Positions 49,583-63,867 of a stretch of DNA of 64,000 nucleotides are shown in pieces. Location: positions 34,534,001-34,598,000 of the forward strand of contig OX597817.1 of NCBI GenBank assembly GCA_951406725.2. The letters run 5' to 3'. Numbering within the stretch: position 1 is the first letter of the stretch; each line of letters starts with the position of its first letter. A model generated the notes under the pieces. It ran no database searches. It had not been told where the DNA came from and saw only the letters and a list, made by a program, of their open reading frames with translations. A program made the position numbers and the translations under genes. This stretch comes from Octopus vulgaris (lineage: Eukaryota).

Positions 49583-49816
49583 CCTAGGACTCGTAGGACC
49601 GGTTATCCGATTTCCTTGGTGTATAAGTGACTTAATTCAGAGCATTTCCCCTGAATGGGACGCTAGTCTATTGTAGGGCTACTTATTTACAGCTGAACGG
49701 ACTGGTGCGGCCTGAAATTAAGTATTTTACTTAAGTATACAACGCACCGCCTGGTTTGTGAATCGAAACCACGTTCTTGCGATCGTGAGTGCTACATCCA
49801 AACCTCTTGGCCATGT
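49583..49816 (-). mobile_element. Old tRNA-derived SINE (head D-like + tail 2)
   Basis: Degenerate colinearity with 27500-27748. Confidence 0.6.
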
Positions 49817-49951
49817 AGCTTTGATGAAAATAAATGATAAGAAATACTCAGAAGGGAGTAAACTAGACAAAGTTAAAAGATAGCGGTATATAGTTAAAAG
49901 GCAGCAAGACAACGGGGTTGTTATATTGTCTAATATTAAGGCTGAAACGTT

Positions 49952-50478
49952 AGCTGGCAGAAACACTAGCATGCCGGGCGAAATGCTTAGCGGTATTTCG
50001 TCTGCCGTTACGTTCAGAGTTCAAATTCCGCCGAGGTCGACTTTGCTTTTCATTCTCTCGGGGTCGATTAATCGACTTAATCCGTTTGTCTGTCCTTGTT
50101 TGTCTCCTCTGTGTTTAGCCACTTATGGGTAGTAAAGAAATAGGTATTTCGTCTGCCGCTACGTTCTGAGGTCGACCTTGCCTTTTATCCTTTCGGGGTC
50201 GATTAAATAAGTACTAGTTACGCATTGGGATCGATATGATATACTTAGTCCATTTGTCTGTCCTTGTTTGTCCTCTCTGTGTTTAGCCCCTTGTGGATAG
50301 TAAAGAAATATGTATTTCGTCTGTCTTTACGTTCTGATTTCAAATTCCGCCGAGGTCGACTTTGCCTTTCATCCTTTCGGGATCGATAAGTTGAGTACCA
50401 GTTGCGTACTGGTGTCGATTCAATCGACTGTCTCTACTCCCCCAAAATTTCGGGTTTTGTGCCTAGAGTAGAAAAGAA
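49952..50478 (+). mobile_element. SINE family B trimer with internal deletions
   Basis: Three units; last unit has the short tail. Confidence 0.88.
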
Positions 50479-51210
50479 TATTCGTATATTATGAAACGTA
50501 TTAGTATTCTGTAATTTGTTTCAGCTGGTTAACATCCCTGAGAAAGACATTTCCAGTTTTTATTTATTTCCTCTCACAAATCTGCGATTGTGTGCTTACA
50601 TAAGAAATCAATTTTTACAATCTTCCACTGTTATTCAGGTAAGTCTAAGAGTAACTTTTTTTCATATTATTTCCCACTCTTTCATTAGTTTCTCAGCTAG
50701 ATATCATAATTTAATTTATTTTAGAATGTAAAGGAAAGAAAAAAAAAATGATAGTATAACTGATATAAATTTCCAACATTCTACATTAGCATGTTATCGA
50801 GCAACAATTCGAAGTTTAAATTATATAGATATTTCTGCGTTTTAGCAAAGTATATTTTCATTTTATAAGCAGTTTTGTAATTCTATTACGATATGTATTA
50901 TTCTTTTTACATATACAACTTTTATGATAGCCAAAGTTTGAAATGGATGTATTAATATCTATGCTTTCCATACTTACGAATTATTCCAACAGCGCGTTTA
51001 TTATTATTTAATTTTTCATTCGTTTGAAATACCCCGTGGGATATTTTGGGGTCAGAATTGCAAGCTTAATATCTTGATATTTACGCGATAAGAAGAAACT
51101 TTGTGCGTGTTTTTATCATAGAAATGATATATTGTAGTGGATACCCAATGTAACGTATGTTCACTGCCAGAAGTCTAGGAGGTCTATGGAAAATGTGTAC
51201 GTGTGACTAT

Positions 51211-51616
51211 AGGCGCAGGAGTGGCTGTGTGGTAAGTAGCTTGCTAACCAACCACATGGTTCCGGGTTCAGTCCCACTGCGTGGCACCTTGGGCAAGTGT
51301 CTTTTGCTATAGCCCCGGGCCGACCAATGCCTTGTGAGTGGATTTGGTAGGCGGAAACTGAAAGAAGCCTGTCGTATATATGTATATATATAAGTGTGTG
51401 TGTGTGTCTGTGTGTGTGTCTGTGTTTGTCCCCCGAGCATTGCTTGACAACCGATGCTGGTGTGTTTACGTCTCCGTCATTAGCGGTTCGGCAAAAGAGA
51501 CTGATAGAATAAGTACTGGGCTTACAAAGAATAAGTCCCGGGGTCGATTTGCTCGACTAAAGGCGGTGCTCCAGCATGGCTGCAGTCAAAGGACTGAAAC
51601 AAGTAAAAGAGAGAGT
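51211..51616 (+). mobile_element. SINE family A
   Basis: Full-length copy. Confidence 0.9.
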
Positions 51617-51624
51617 ATATAACC

Positions 51625-53690
51625 AATACGAGCTAAGAAGGAAACTCTACATGATCGCACGATAGCAGTCAAACGTCCCTCAGAACGCAGACAACTGTCT
51701 TAATAATAAAAGAGCACTTAAAAAATATAATGTGTCTCTGAAACAATATGTCTGGAAAAGAATCGTGAGGGTCACGGCTGGAAGGCTTTTGATCATAGGT
51801 CTGATCAAACAGGGCTGGTCCGCAGTTAAACTAACATCTACTTATATATCGTTCGTAAAATAAATGCAGTATGACCGCACGCAGTCTATTGGCTTAAGGC
51901 CTGTGAAATAATAAAAGTATATCAATATTCAAGGATTGTGTAGGGTGACATAGGCAAATGTGAAGTTTAAATCTTTTCGAAGTGTGTTCACAGCCCGAAT
52001 GAAGTGACCTGGTTTTAATTAGGAGTCAAAACCCCAAATTGGGAACAATGCAATAGTCAATGTATAACTACCATATTTCTAGACATTGAAGATGCTTCGA
52101 TGTCGAAGACGAACTTCAATTTGGAGTTGAGATTTTAAAAAATAACCATAAAAGCAAGATCTCACCATTCCCACAGACTTTACCAAGATGTTTTGTTGGT
52201 GACTTATCAAGATAAAGGTTTGCATTTTTTTTCTTTCGTATGAAAAATATAACCTTTCAATCTTCTAGGACGCACTATAAATTTTCGAGATTTATTTTAG
52301 AAAAACGTTGAGAGATTTCACATTGAGATTCAGAGAGATACGCGAGGCATACAGCCATGAGTGAACGATTTAGACAGAAGTCTCCAACATCTTCCTTTGA
52401 AAAAAATCTAAAACTATCAAGTCTGTTAACTATCACACTTTCTCAGATGAAATACAAATTTCACAGTAATTAACTAATTGTTAACATAGCATTTGTTTTA
52501 AATTTTATTTTGGTTTCTGAAATGTTAATTTGTAATTGAATCTGTGAGACATAACTTTATTCATTTATTATATTCTTGTTGGTCTTTTCCCACCGCAGCG
52601 GGTGTTGAACTACATTCACAAACTGTCATACGAATTGATTATAATCTTGTTATGTTGACTCCACATGGCTCTATTTCAGGTTAGTTAAGGAAGTAATTAG
52701 ATAATTAAATACATGTATAAACGCACATATATTTTTGTATGTTTATACAAGTGTGTAATTAACTAATTAGTTTGTAAAATAGCCTCTGATTCAATGTATT
52801 TGTTAGTGAACACTTGTACTATAACCAACATAAATTCTTTGCTGAGCATTCGAGGGGGAAAAATAATGTTGTTTAGTCCTAGGTGGAGCAGACTTGTGCT
52901 CGAAGAAAATTCTTGCTATGACCTCCAATCCTTCAGGCACCAAGGGCTATGTTATCTAATGTGTGCTTCCATTTTAAAGGGATAGATAGTAAATGCAGAT
53001 CGAATTCGTTGCTATTTCTAGCGGGTCGAGTAACCATGTAGGGAAACGCTCATTAGCTCGAGCTCTCTTATTGCCTAAAGCGGTTGTTATTGTTGTTCAT
53101 CCCGATGTCTGTTCTGAGCAAGCAGACAAATAATCAAAGGCATTACTGCCGTGACCATACCATCTTTGTTGAAGTATCTAAGACTACATTATCTAATAAT
53201 TACATCCATTTTCAAGATGCTATGGTTGCTTTCAAGGAGAGCTGAGGGTTGTTTTAGCAGGCCAAGTATCACCTAAACTTTCCCTTATTGGTTCATGTGT
53301 GTATAGGACAGTCTTGTGCGCAAAAACTGTATTCAAGATTTGCAGGTCCGTATCCTATTTCCAACTTTAATAAGGTTCCCACCGTTAATTGAGCAGTATT
53401 TGAATATACTTATTTTATATCGAAATTAGTATTCAATGGATCAATCAGTGCTTAACTACATTTCTATGAGAATGATAAGTGAGTCTTTGTAACTTGGTGC
53501 AGAACAAATATCATAAGAGAGTTCGTTTGAAAAATATTGGGGTTTTTTTCCGATTTTCTTAGCGGTGTGTACATTCTTCGCCGATCTTCCTCTTTTAAGG
53601 CAGTAGAGTATTGTCCAAAGAAGAGTGGCTGCTATTTCTTGAAGATCCTGCAACCGTGTTGATGTTCCCTGACTGACTCGGGTTTCCGCC
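51625..53690. repeat. Several copies of an old, unclassified ~200-bp interspersed repeat (51625-51838 minus; 52866-53060, 53085-53295 and ~53590-53682 plus; also 63240-63420 minus)
   Basis: Shared degenerate motifs ttgtttag..gagcagac..atcaaaggcatt..gccgtgacc..ttatctaat..gctatttctagc. Confidence 0.5.
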
Positions 53691-54721
53691 TTATGCTTTT
53701 TGAACGTCTATATATATGTGTGTGTAAATGTCTGTCTCTGAACACAAGGATAAAGTTTATATATGTTTAAGTATCTATAAGCGTTTATGAGTATACATGT
53801 AGATAAGTATAAATATGTGTGTGTATGTTTATAAGCGTGTATATGTGTATATATGTATACAGACATATAATTGTGTGTGAATATAATGATTAAAAAGACC
53901 TGGCATTTATGTTAGCAGGGATCCATGAGTATGAGAAGCTAGAGAAGACACTAGTTTGTTTTTTTTTAATAAAAAACAAACATGGCTAAAACAAAAAAAC
54001 ATCTATTATCTCAGATATTCGCCATTGTTTTCTTTTAATCTCTCAATTATTATTTTGTTAGTTGTTATTGTTACCGCATTTTTGCTGTTGATTTTGTTCA
54101 TTTTTTTTATCTTTGAATGTCTCGTAAATGTTTAGTTTTGTTTCACTACTTATTGTAGCTGTCAATTCGACATCTGGATAAGGAAGAAGAGAAGCTAACC
54201 ACAGAAGTTAAAAGTTAATTGTCTGCAAATTATTATTTCTCTAGCGTTTTTTATAAGACTTAGCTAACTTCATTTTCCACGGAGATTACAATCACTAACA
54301 GGCTCATTATGTACTTACTGGTTCCCGCTTACAATGGTATTTTAGTTCAGAAAATCGCTTCACAAACAGCACGAAACAGCATGATGCGTCCCGTATTCGA
54401 TTTTATAACTGCAAAAATTATCGTTAAAATAAAAATGGTTTCAGTATGATGCCACTAAATCACTACCACAGTGATTAAGCCCAACACCAGCGGCAGTATT
54501 AGTAATGGTAAAGATGTTAGCTATAGCAGCAACGACAATATCAACACCAATATCACCGCCAACGATATCACTATAAATTCTATCACCACGAGCAATAACA
54601 ACGGTGACAATAATTTTTAAAAAATGGAAGAAATGCATCGAGGGACCCAGAAAAGAATACATTAGGCAATAGAAGGCCAAGAACCTGTAGAATTATGGTT
54701 GAATTTTTAAACACACACAGA

Positions 54722-54778
<57 letters not shown>

Positions 54779-54849
54779 TATATTAATAAATTAAGTTGCG
54801 TACTGAGGTCGATCTAATCGATTGGCCCCTCCCCCCCAAAATAGAAAGG

Positions 54850-54907
<58 letters not shown>

Positions 54908-55926
54908 GTAGTAGTAGTAGTAGTAGTAGTAGTAATTGATGATGATGAGGTGGGGAGAAGATATAATAGTAGACAAATTTTATGAGAATTTAGGGTTAAT
55001 TATTTCATTTTCTATTTTTGTTTTATTTGTGTGAATTTCTTGAGCTGAAAACCATCAAAAGATGCTTTCCAAGTTGTAGAGTTTCTATGTTGAGGAAAGT
55101 GGAAGAAGAAAACAAGCACGGTCACTTAGATTATTAGTGATAAATAGTGAAATAACTATCGCCTTGACAGGAATCTAGAGGCATGATTATTAGGAGAGTT
55201 AGTTTGAACACGCATGCGCAGATAAGAAAAACTGATTCTCTCAGGAAAGCAAAATGAGATATACACGATTCTTCTGATTACTCCATTTCCACACCGTAGC
55301 ATTATCTTGTACGCACTTCGTTAATTTTAAAGTCCTCTCAAGGACATTTATGGCCCATAACGATCCAGGTTTTTCAAGGTTGGTCGTTTTAAATAGGCGA
55401 AGATTGATTTCTCTTTCCAATCATTTCATGTCAAACGTTGCACAATAGAGAAAGGCAATTTAAATGATATATCTCGTTATCACTGCTTTTCCCTATTCTT
55501 GAAACCTTCCAAGATAATCTTATTTATAACCATAGAATATATTAATTACACGACTTGCACCTGAGCGACCTTTGTATAATAATTTCATCTTTCCCGCTTA
55601 TAACAAACAAGCTTTCTGCCGTTATATTTTGCTCTCAAATAATTTCTTTTAAGCAGATCTGATACATATTTTATCGTGTATTGTCATAATTATCGTTGAT
55701 GTAGAAGATTTCCTTTGAAGAGTTTAAAAAGGAATATTTTTGTTCTAAAGGAATTTTTTTTTAAAGAAAAGGTGACGAAGAAAACAAAATGTTCTGCCCT
55801 TCGTTTCTTTCAATTTTCTATTACTACTTCCTGTAACACTTTGCACGACTCATCTCACCGCCCTGTCCACCTCTCCCTCTCTTTTTTTCTCTCTCTCTCG
55901 CTCTCTTTTGCCCTCCCTCATTCTCG

Positions 55927-55958
<32 letters not shown>

Positions 55959-58914
55959 TTTTCTCATCCTTGAGTCTTTAGCACATCACACCAATTCTCA
56001 CTCACTTTTCTACTTCTGTTACTCTCCTATTCTCTTTCCCATTTCATGTTTATTGCTTTCAAATTCAATATTTCTCCATCTCCTTCTTCCTCTCCCTCTC
56101 TCTCCCCCTCTCTCTCTCTATGTCTCTTGCTCTCGCCTCTCTCATCTCTGTCTGTCTTTATAACATTCTTCTTCTCTTTGCCACTCGTATTTTAAATTCT
56201 TTCTTCTCCCCTTTACATCATTTCTTATCTGAAATAACGTCGTCTCTCTCTCTCCCTCCCTATCTCTCTCTCTCTTTCTCTCTCTTACTCATTCTCCCCC
56301 TCTCTCTTTCTCTTTCTCTTACTCGTTCTCCCCCCTCTCCCATTCATTCTTTCTCTGTTAATTTCGCTTTTCTTGGATCCAGCTTCCTGTTAATTGTCAA
56401 GTAATAATATCTATTTATATTGATCGATGAGTCATTGTATTCAAGCAACAATATTGATATACAACATATATAATGCTGAAGCTATTAGATAGTATTATAT
56501 CGATTGGAATCCTATTATGTGTGGATAATATTCAGGCATAATAACCAGTTATCATCATATTTAGGTATCAACACATAAACACACACGCGCACACACGTTT
56601 TCTAAATGTGAAATATATATTTGCTATAACACCTATGCATATATGCATATATAAATGCAGAGGTAATGTATGTGTATAAATATATTTGTGTATATATGTA
56701 TGTATAAAGGCAAGAGAAAGTATGGAGCAGAGAAAAAGAGAAAGGCATGAAATCTCAGTGCCTTTGTGACACACTGCAAGAACTCATTAAACATGTTAAT
56801 GAACACTTTAAATCTTAGAAATGGCGAAGAAGAATTTCTTGGTGATGGTGGCAAAGGTCGTTGTTTGAATTAATATATAAAATTGATTATTGATTAAGTC
56901 AACGGAGCATGAGATGAGATGAATATCAAAGTAAATTTTCAAGAAAAAAAAAAGAAAAAAATCAATAATTCATTTATATTTTCTTTATTATTACATTCTT
57001 TATCATTTTTATTTAAGTATGTATGGCTTTATTTGACAGCAAGAAAACAGGTCGAAAAAAAATGATAAATATATAAAATCAAGACGATAAGATTGGAACG
57101 TAATGGCTGACTTCAAAAGAAGCAAGATCACTTCACATTTCTTTAAAAATCAAATAATTATTATAATAAAGATGTTATTTTGAAAGTAATAAAAACCTAG
57201 TTAAATCCTAAACAAATGCTGGTTCAGAATTTGCGTCCTGGACTTTGGCTTTTCGTAGGGGTTCAGTTGATTGAAGATTAAATATCAAATGGAAATGGAT
57301 GTTAATATTTCAACAGAGTGATTTCAACCGTAAACTACGATTTATAAACATAATGTTTTAAATACATACATGTTTTATCAATTATTTGTGCATTAACAGT
57401 GTTTCGTTTCAATCCCACATGACACTACAGAATAGATCTTTAGATTTTAGCCGTTCTATTGACTTTATTTATAAACAATTAGATATTGTACGTATGCATA
57501 GATAAAAGAGATGTAAACACCTTGTTTGTTTATACAATATCTTCGTTCATAAAAATAGAAGTTCCATCCGAACTAGTTAAAATTCTGTATTGGGATTTCA
57601 TTCAGGATTGAGTAGCCTTTTTGCTCCTCCATAGAAATTCTACTTAGATACTCACAGTTACTAAAGACTCAAGTAAAATGGATTAACCAATGTGTATATT
57701 TAACGCATTCTTTATGAATAGTTTTATTAATAAATTACTAATGTGTTAAGTGTATAGTTTTTAGCCAACACTGAATATACAGTCAGATGTAAACACCTTG
57801 CCTACATACACAAAATCTGCGTGAGCAAATTCTTTTAGAAAATTTCTTGAAATTTCTTTGTCTTAAATTTTAGAGGTTTCGATTTTTGCGAAATAGTTCA
57901 GAAATTCATCTATTTTTCAAGTTGTCCTTCTCTATTTAAGCCATAACCCAAACTCTAAACACTAAACCGTAACCTTAATCCCTAACATGATGTTTAAACA
58001 TAAACGAATGTGATTCTTTCAGAGATGTAATCTCCTATGTTTAAACATATAATTCGGAAAAATATTTGTGGAAGAATCTGAAAAATTAAGATAATTACGG
58101 TTGGCTGCTTATTTCAAAACAGATAGGACAGGAGCTGCACAGAAAGGGGAAAAAATGTAATTTCACAACCTTTTCTATTTTTCCAGAGAATCGTAAAAAG
58201 GTTAAAAGAAAAAAAAAAGAAAAGAAAAAATTACGATTGTGTGTTTACTTAATGCGCCACTCCACCTACACACATATATATCATTGATGTCATAAGAATT
58301 TAAACATTTGAGAGAGCGCATAATTCTTTTCTAAAAATGGATCTTAATGCACATATAAAGATATTGGTTTCAAATATTACCACAGGGCCAGCTGCACGTA
58401 TAAAGATATTAATAATAACATGTAAATATTGAGGGAGGGGGTGAAAGCAGTTATGGATAGGAAAAAGTCGAATGCATCCGATGGGCATTCGACCATACTT
58501 CCAAAGCGATCCCTCGAAATTCTCTATCCATTTTAGTAACTTTATTCTTACCAGCGAGAATTGCATATTGTTGAGAACGTGGAATAATTCTTGTAGTGTG
58601 ATGGAAGAAAAAGACAACAGAAAAAGAAGTAAACGGGAGAAAGAAATACAGAGACCTTACCTGTTGACCTAGGCGGAATGAGCGATCACTCTCAAGCAGT
58701 AAACACGTCCTTGCACGCTGCTGTCTCTTATCGAACTTCCCGCACATGCTTCCGGCCCACGCATGCCCCGTGGCTGTTCTGCCGGCCCCTGCAGTCTTCA
58801 CTTCCGTCTACCTCATCAGCAATCCTCTCCACCAACACCACATAGCTCATCACAGCCCATAACACCACAATTCTTTTTGAGATTGGATCTCGATGTACAT
58901 ATAAAGATAATAAT

Positions 58915-59129
58915 AATTTCAAATTTTGCCACAAAGCCAGCAATTTTGAGGATGGGGTAAATCGATTTCATTGACCCCAGTTCTCAGCTGGTACATATTT
59001 TATTCAATCCGAAAGGATGAAAAGCAAAGCAGACCTCGGCGGAATTTTCAACTCAGAACGTAAGGACGAATGAAATGCCGCTGAGCATTTCGCCCGGCGT
59101 GCTTAACGATTATGTCAGCTCGCCACCTT
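58915..59129 (-). mobile_element. SINE family B monomer (short tail)
   Basis: Matches the family. Confidence 0.85.
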
Positions 59130-59416
59130 AAAGCTATTAATAGTAGCCTGTAAATATTAAGTAGAACGACTGTCATGTATATAGGAAATGTGGATTCGAG
59201 CCCAACAGGCGGCCTTCGACTTATCCAAAGGGATTTTTCTACCTCATTCTTACGTTATTAATAGCTTTATATGTACACCGTGATTCAATTTCAGGAAAGA
59301 AATATATATCAATTTATATACAATACCGTACTATAGACCCATTTCAACCGATTTTAACAATCGGTTTCGCACAGAAGAGCTAACAAAAAACACTAAGACT
59401 CCCGGCACTAATTAGA

Positions 59417-59444
<28 letters not shown>

Positions 59445-59447
<3 letters not shown>

Positions 59448-60416
59448 TGTTAATAAAATATATGCATATATATAAACATATATGTACGTACCTACCTCTA
59501 CATGTACATATACACGCATATATGTGTACAGGACACCAAAAAGACGTCGAACACATAGAGAGACGAAAAACATAGACACAAACCAAGGAACAAGACAGGC
59601 AAAAAAAAAAAAAAAAAAAAAAAAGGAGATACAGGACAATAAGCACAACGAAAAATCCCCTTCTTCAGTCGCTAAAGTTTCATCTACTAAACGTTTCGAA
59701 GGATAAAAGCGAGACGTATACTTCGAATGAAAAATTCCTTCCTGCGAAAAGCAAATCAATTAAAATTCTGAGATCTTTTCGCAGAGGGGTAAAAAAAGCA
59801 AGACGGTAACGACAGTACAAACATATAAACAGTAAAAAATATATATATAAACAGTGGAAAAATAAATATATAACAGTGAGAGACAGGACAAGGAGAACAA
59901 GATAAGAAGGGCTGTTAACGCCAGACGAAAAAAGTATTGCAAACGCTGGATTATAGTGGACGACGAGAGAGGAAGATGTCGACCAGTGGCCTTAGAAGGC
60001 GGGCGAGAAAGGACAGGATAGCAGTTACGACGGAAGTATCGTCGCAGATGGACGACGGGAATGGGGGAGGAGGAGCAAGAGGAAGAGAGAGAAGAAGGGA
60101 ATGGTGCGAGGAGACCATGAAGAACAGTGAGGGGGAGAGAGAGAGGAAGAGACAAGTTAAGTGAGGGAAAAAAGAAGAAAAAGGGAATGGGAGAGAAAGA
60201 AAGAAAGATGCAGAGTCGCGTGAGAGTTAATATCAAGGCGAACTTGATAAACAGAACAATCTTACTTAATAGGGTGCGTGCGTTTAGTCGTATAATATGT
60301 TAATAAAATATATGCATATATATAAACATATATGTACGTACCTACCTCTACATGTACATATACACGCATATATGTGTACAGGACACCAAAAAGACGTCGA
60401 ACACATAGAGAGACGA
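59445..60416 (-). mobile_element. (TA)n-embedded 850-bp non-coding unit with 122-bp terminal direct repeat (retrozyme/Penelope-like)
   Basis: 59445-59566 is repeated at 60295-60416; internal ribozyme-like motif; no recognisable ORF. Confidence 0.75.
59655..59735 (-). ncRNA. Candidate permuted hammerhead ribozyme (GUC site)
   Basis: ..ACG UC UCGCU uuua UCCUUC GAAA CGU ..GA ugaaacuuu AGCGA CUGAAGA AGGGG; stems I and III differ in sequence from the 35.9-kb copy but still pair. Confidence 0.6.
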
Positions 60417-60515
60417 TATATATATATATAGGGAGAATTCACAAAAAAAAAACCAAGACAGGTGGTGTAAACAACAAACAGATGTATTAGTATAACGCTC
60501 GGGAAGTGAAAAACT

Positions 60516-60551
60516 CTTTAACGTTTCGAGCCTACGCTCTTCCACAGAAAG
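60516..60551 (-). ncRNA. Minimal type-I hammerhead-like motif with variant core CUGUGGA, in element ~60431-61090
   Basis: cuuu CUGUGGA a gagc guag gcuc GAAA CG UU aaag; same layout as 32782-32816. Confidence 0.6.
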
Positions 60552-61279
60552 GAACACAGAAAGAAACAAGGGGAGAAAATAAAGAATGTATAGTGGCTAG
60601 CGATCTATCATGGCAAATGCCGGACAAAAGGGTCACACAGGAGAGCTAGGGAGAAGGGGAAATAATAAAGTAGTGGTGATCCCAAAACGAGGGTGCGCGT
60701 GCGTGGAAGAGGGATGGAGATCTTGACGTGTGCGTGCGTGTTTGTGTAGGTGTGAAATTGTGGGTCTGGGAAGTGGTATGCGTGGTGAGGTGTTGTGTGG
60801 TATGATGGTGTAATGTGTAGTGGTGTGTGGTGTGGGGTGATGGTGTTGGGAGGTGGGGAGGCGAGAGTCGAGAAAACAAGGGTGGGGTATGGGTTAGGCA
60901 GAGGGTGGGGGTAAAGGTGTGGCATGTGGGTAGGCGGAGGGTGGGTGTAGAGGTGGGGGTATGTGGGTAGACGGAGGAGGGTTAGAGGTGGGGTATGTTG
61001 AAGGGGGTGTAAGGGATGGAGTGGGGTGGGATGGGGAAGGATAGGGTCGATGGGAGTGGGATGGGCAACTAAGGGATAGTACCTATCCAATATACTGCTG
61101 GTAATAGTATACCCAATTATTTATATCCGAGTGCTAGTTATTGCATGGGAATCACACAATTAGGTATTATATATGGGCCGGGGTAACAAGTAGTTTACCC
61201 GTGATTTATACGGCAAAATAAGTATTGTTCTAAATGTTTAAAGTGCGCTTCTTCTCGGATTTATGACCTACTGACTGAT

Positions 61280-62550
<1,271 letters not shown>

Positions 62551-62765
62551 GCCCGGTGTGTTTTTGTTTACATTCGCATCACTTTAAAGCCGGACTGAAG
62601 TAATTAATGGTTTCTATACGATTGACTAAACCCTTGTTGCTGGCACCTCTGTATATCTGTAATTTAGTGACTGGTAATAATAAAAGAATATGTACATTAT
62701 ACATAAACTATATCACCCAATGTGTACGTGTATGTAGCTATGTGCAAGTGAGCTGGTGCTTAATA

Positions 62766-63154
62766 TTCTTTCCTACTCTAGGCATAAGGCCCGAAACTTT
62801 TGGGGTGGGGGCCAGTCGATTAGCTCGAACCAGTACTTAATTTATCGATCCCGAAAGGATGAAAGGCAAAGTCGACCGCGGCGGAATTTGAACTCAGAAC
62901 GTAGCGGGCAGACGAAATACCTATTTCTTTACTACCCACAAGGGGCTAAACACAGAGAGGACAAACAAGGACAGACAAACGGATTAAGTCGATTATATCG
63001 ACACCAGTGCGTAACTGGTACTTATTTCATCGACTCCGAAAGGATGAAGGGCAAAGTCGACCTCGGCGGAATTTGAACTCAGAACGCAGCGGCGGACGAA
63101 ATACCACAAAGCATTTCGCCCTGCTTGCTAGCGTTTCTGCCAGCTCGCCGCCTT
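62766..63154 (-). mobile_element. SINE family B dimer
   Basis: Two units with the family junction. Confidence 0.9.
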
Positions 63155-63562
63155 TAATAATAACAATAATAAAAGCAACGATAGTAACAACAAGAACTAT
63201 AACAACCACAAGACAAACAATAGCAACAATAACTAGATCTCTTTCAAAGCAGCCATAATTATCTTAAAAGAAAGAAGACCACGCTGTGTAATGTAGTATT
63301 AGATATACCATTCCTGAGAGATACATAAACAAAGATTGAGTGCTCAAAGCAAGAACGTTTTTGATCATAACTATAGGTGTACAAGAGCAGAGCTTTCCTA
63401 GGGTTAAACTATAACAACAACAGCAGCAACAACAACAACAACAACAATGACATACAGTGTTTAATTAACTCCTGAAACAGACTGAGCTAATTGTTTTATT
63501 ACATTTCTGTCTGTTGTTGATCATCAGGCATTTTTTTCATTTGATCATCAAATGTTTTAATA

Positions 63563-63867
<305 letters not shown>

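Noticed and set aside
57945-57990. Degenerate (TAACCC)n telomere-like run
   Set aside because: Too short and degenerate; such runs are common inside old transposons
58805-58825. CUGAUGA on the minus strand (similar isolated CUGANGA at 21977, 23895, 43526, 63522)
   Set aside because: No correctly placed GAAA/UH strands with pairing stems
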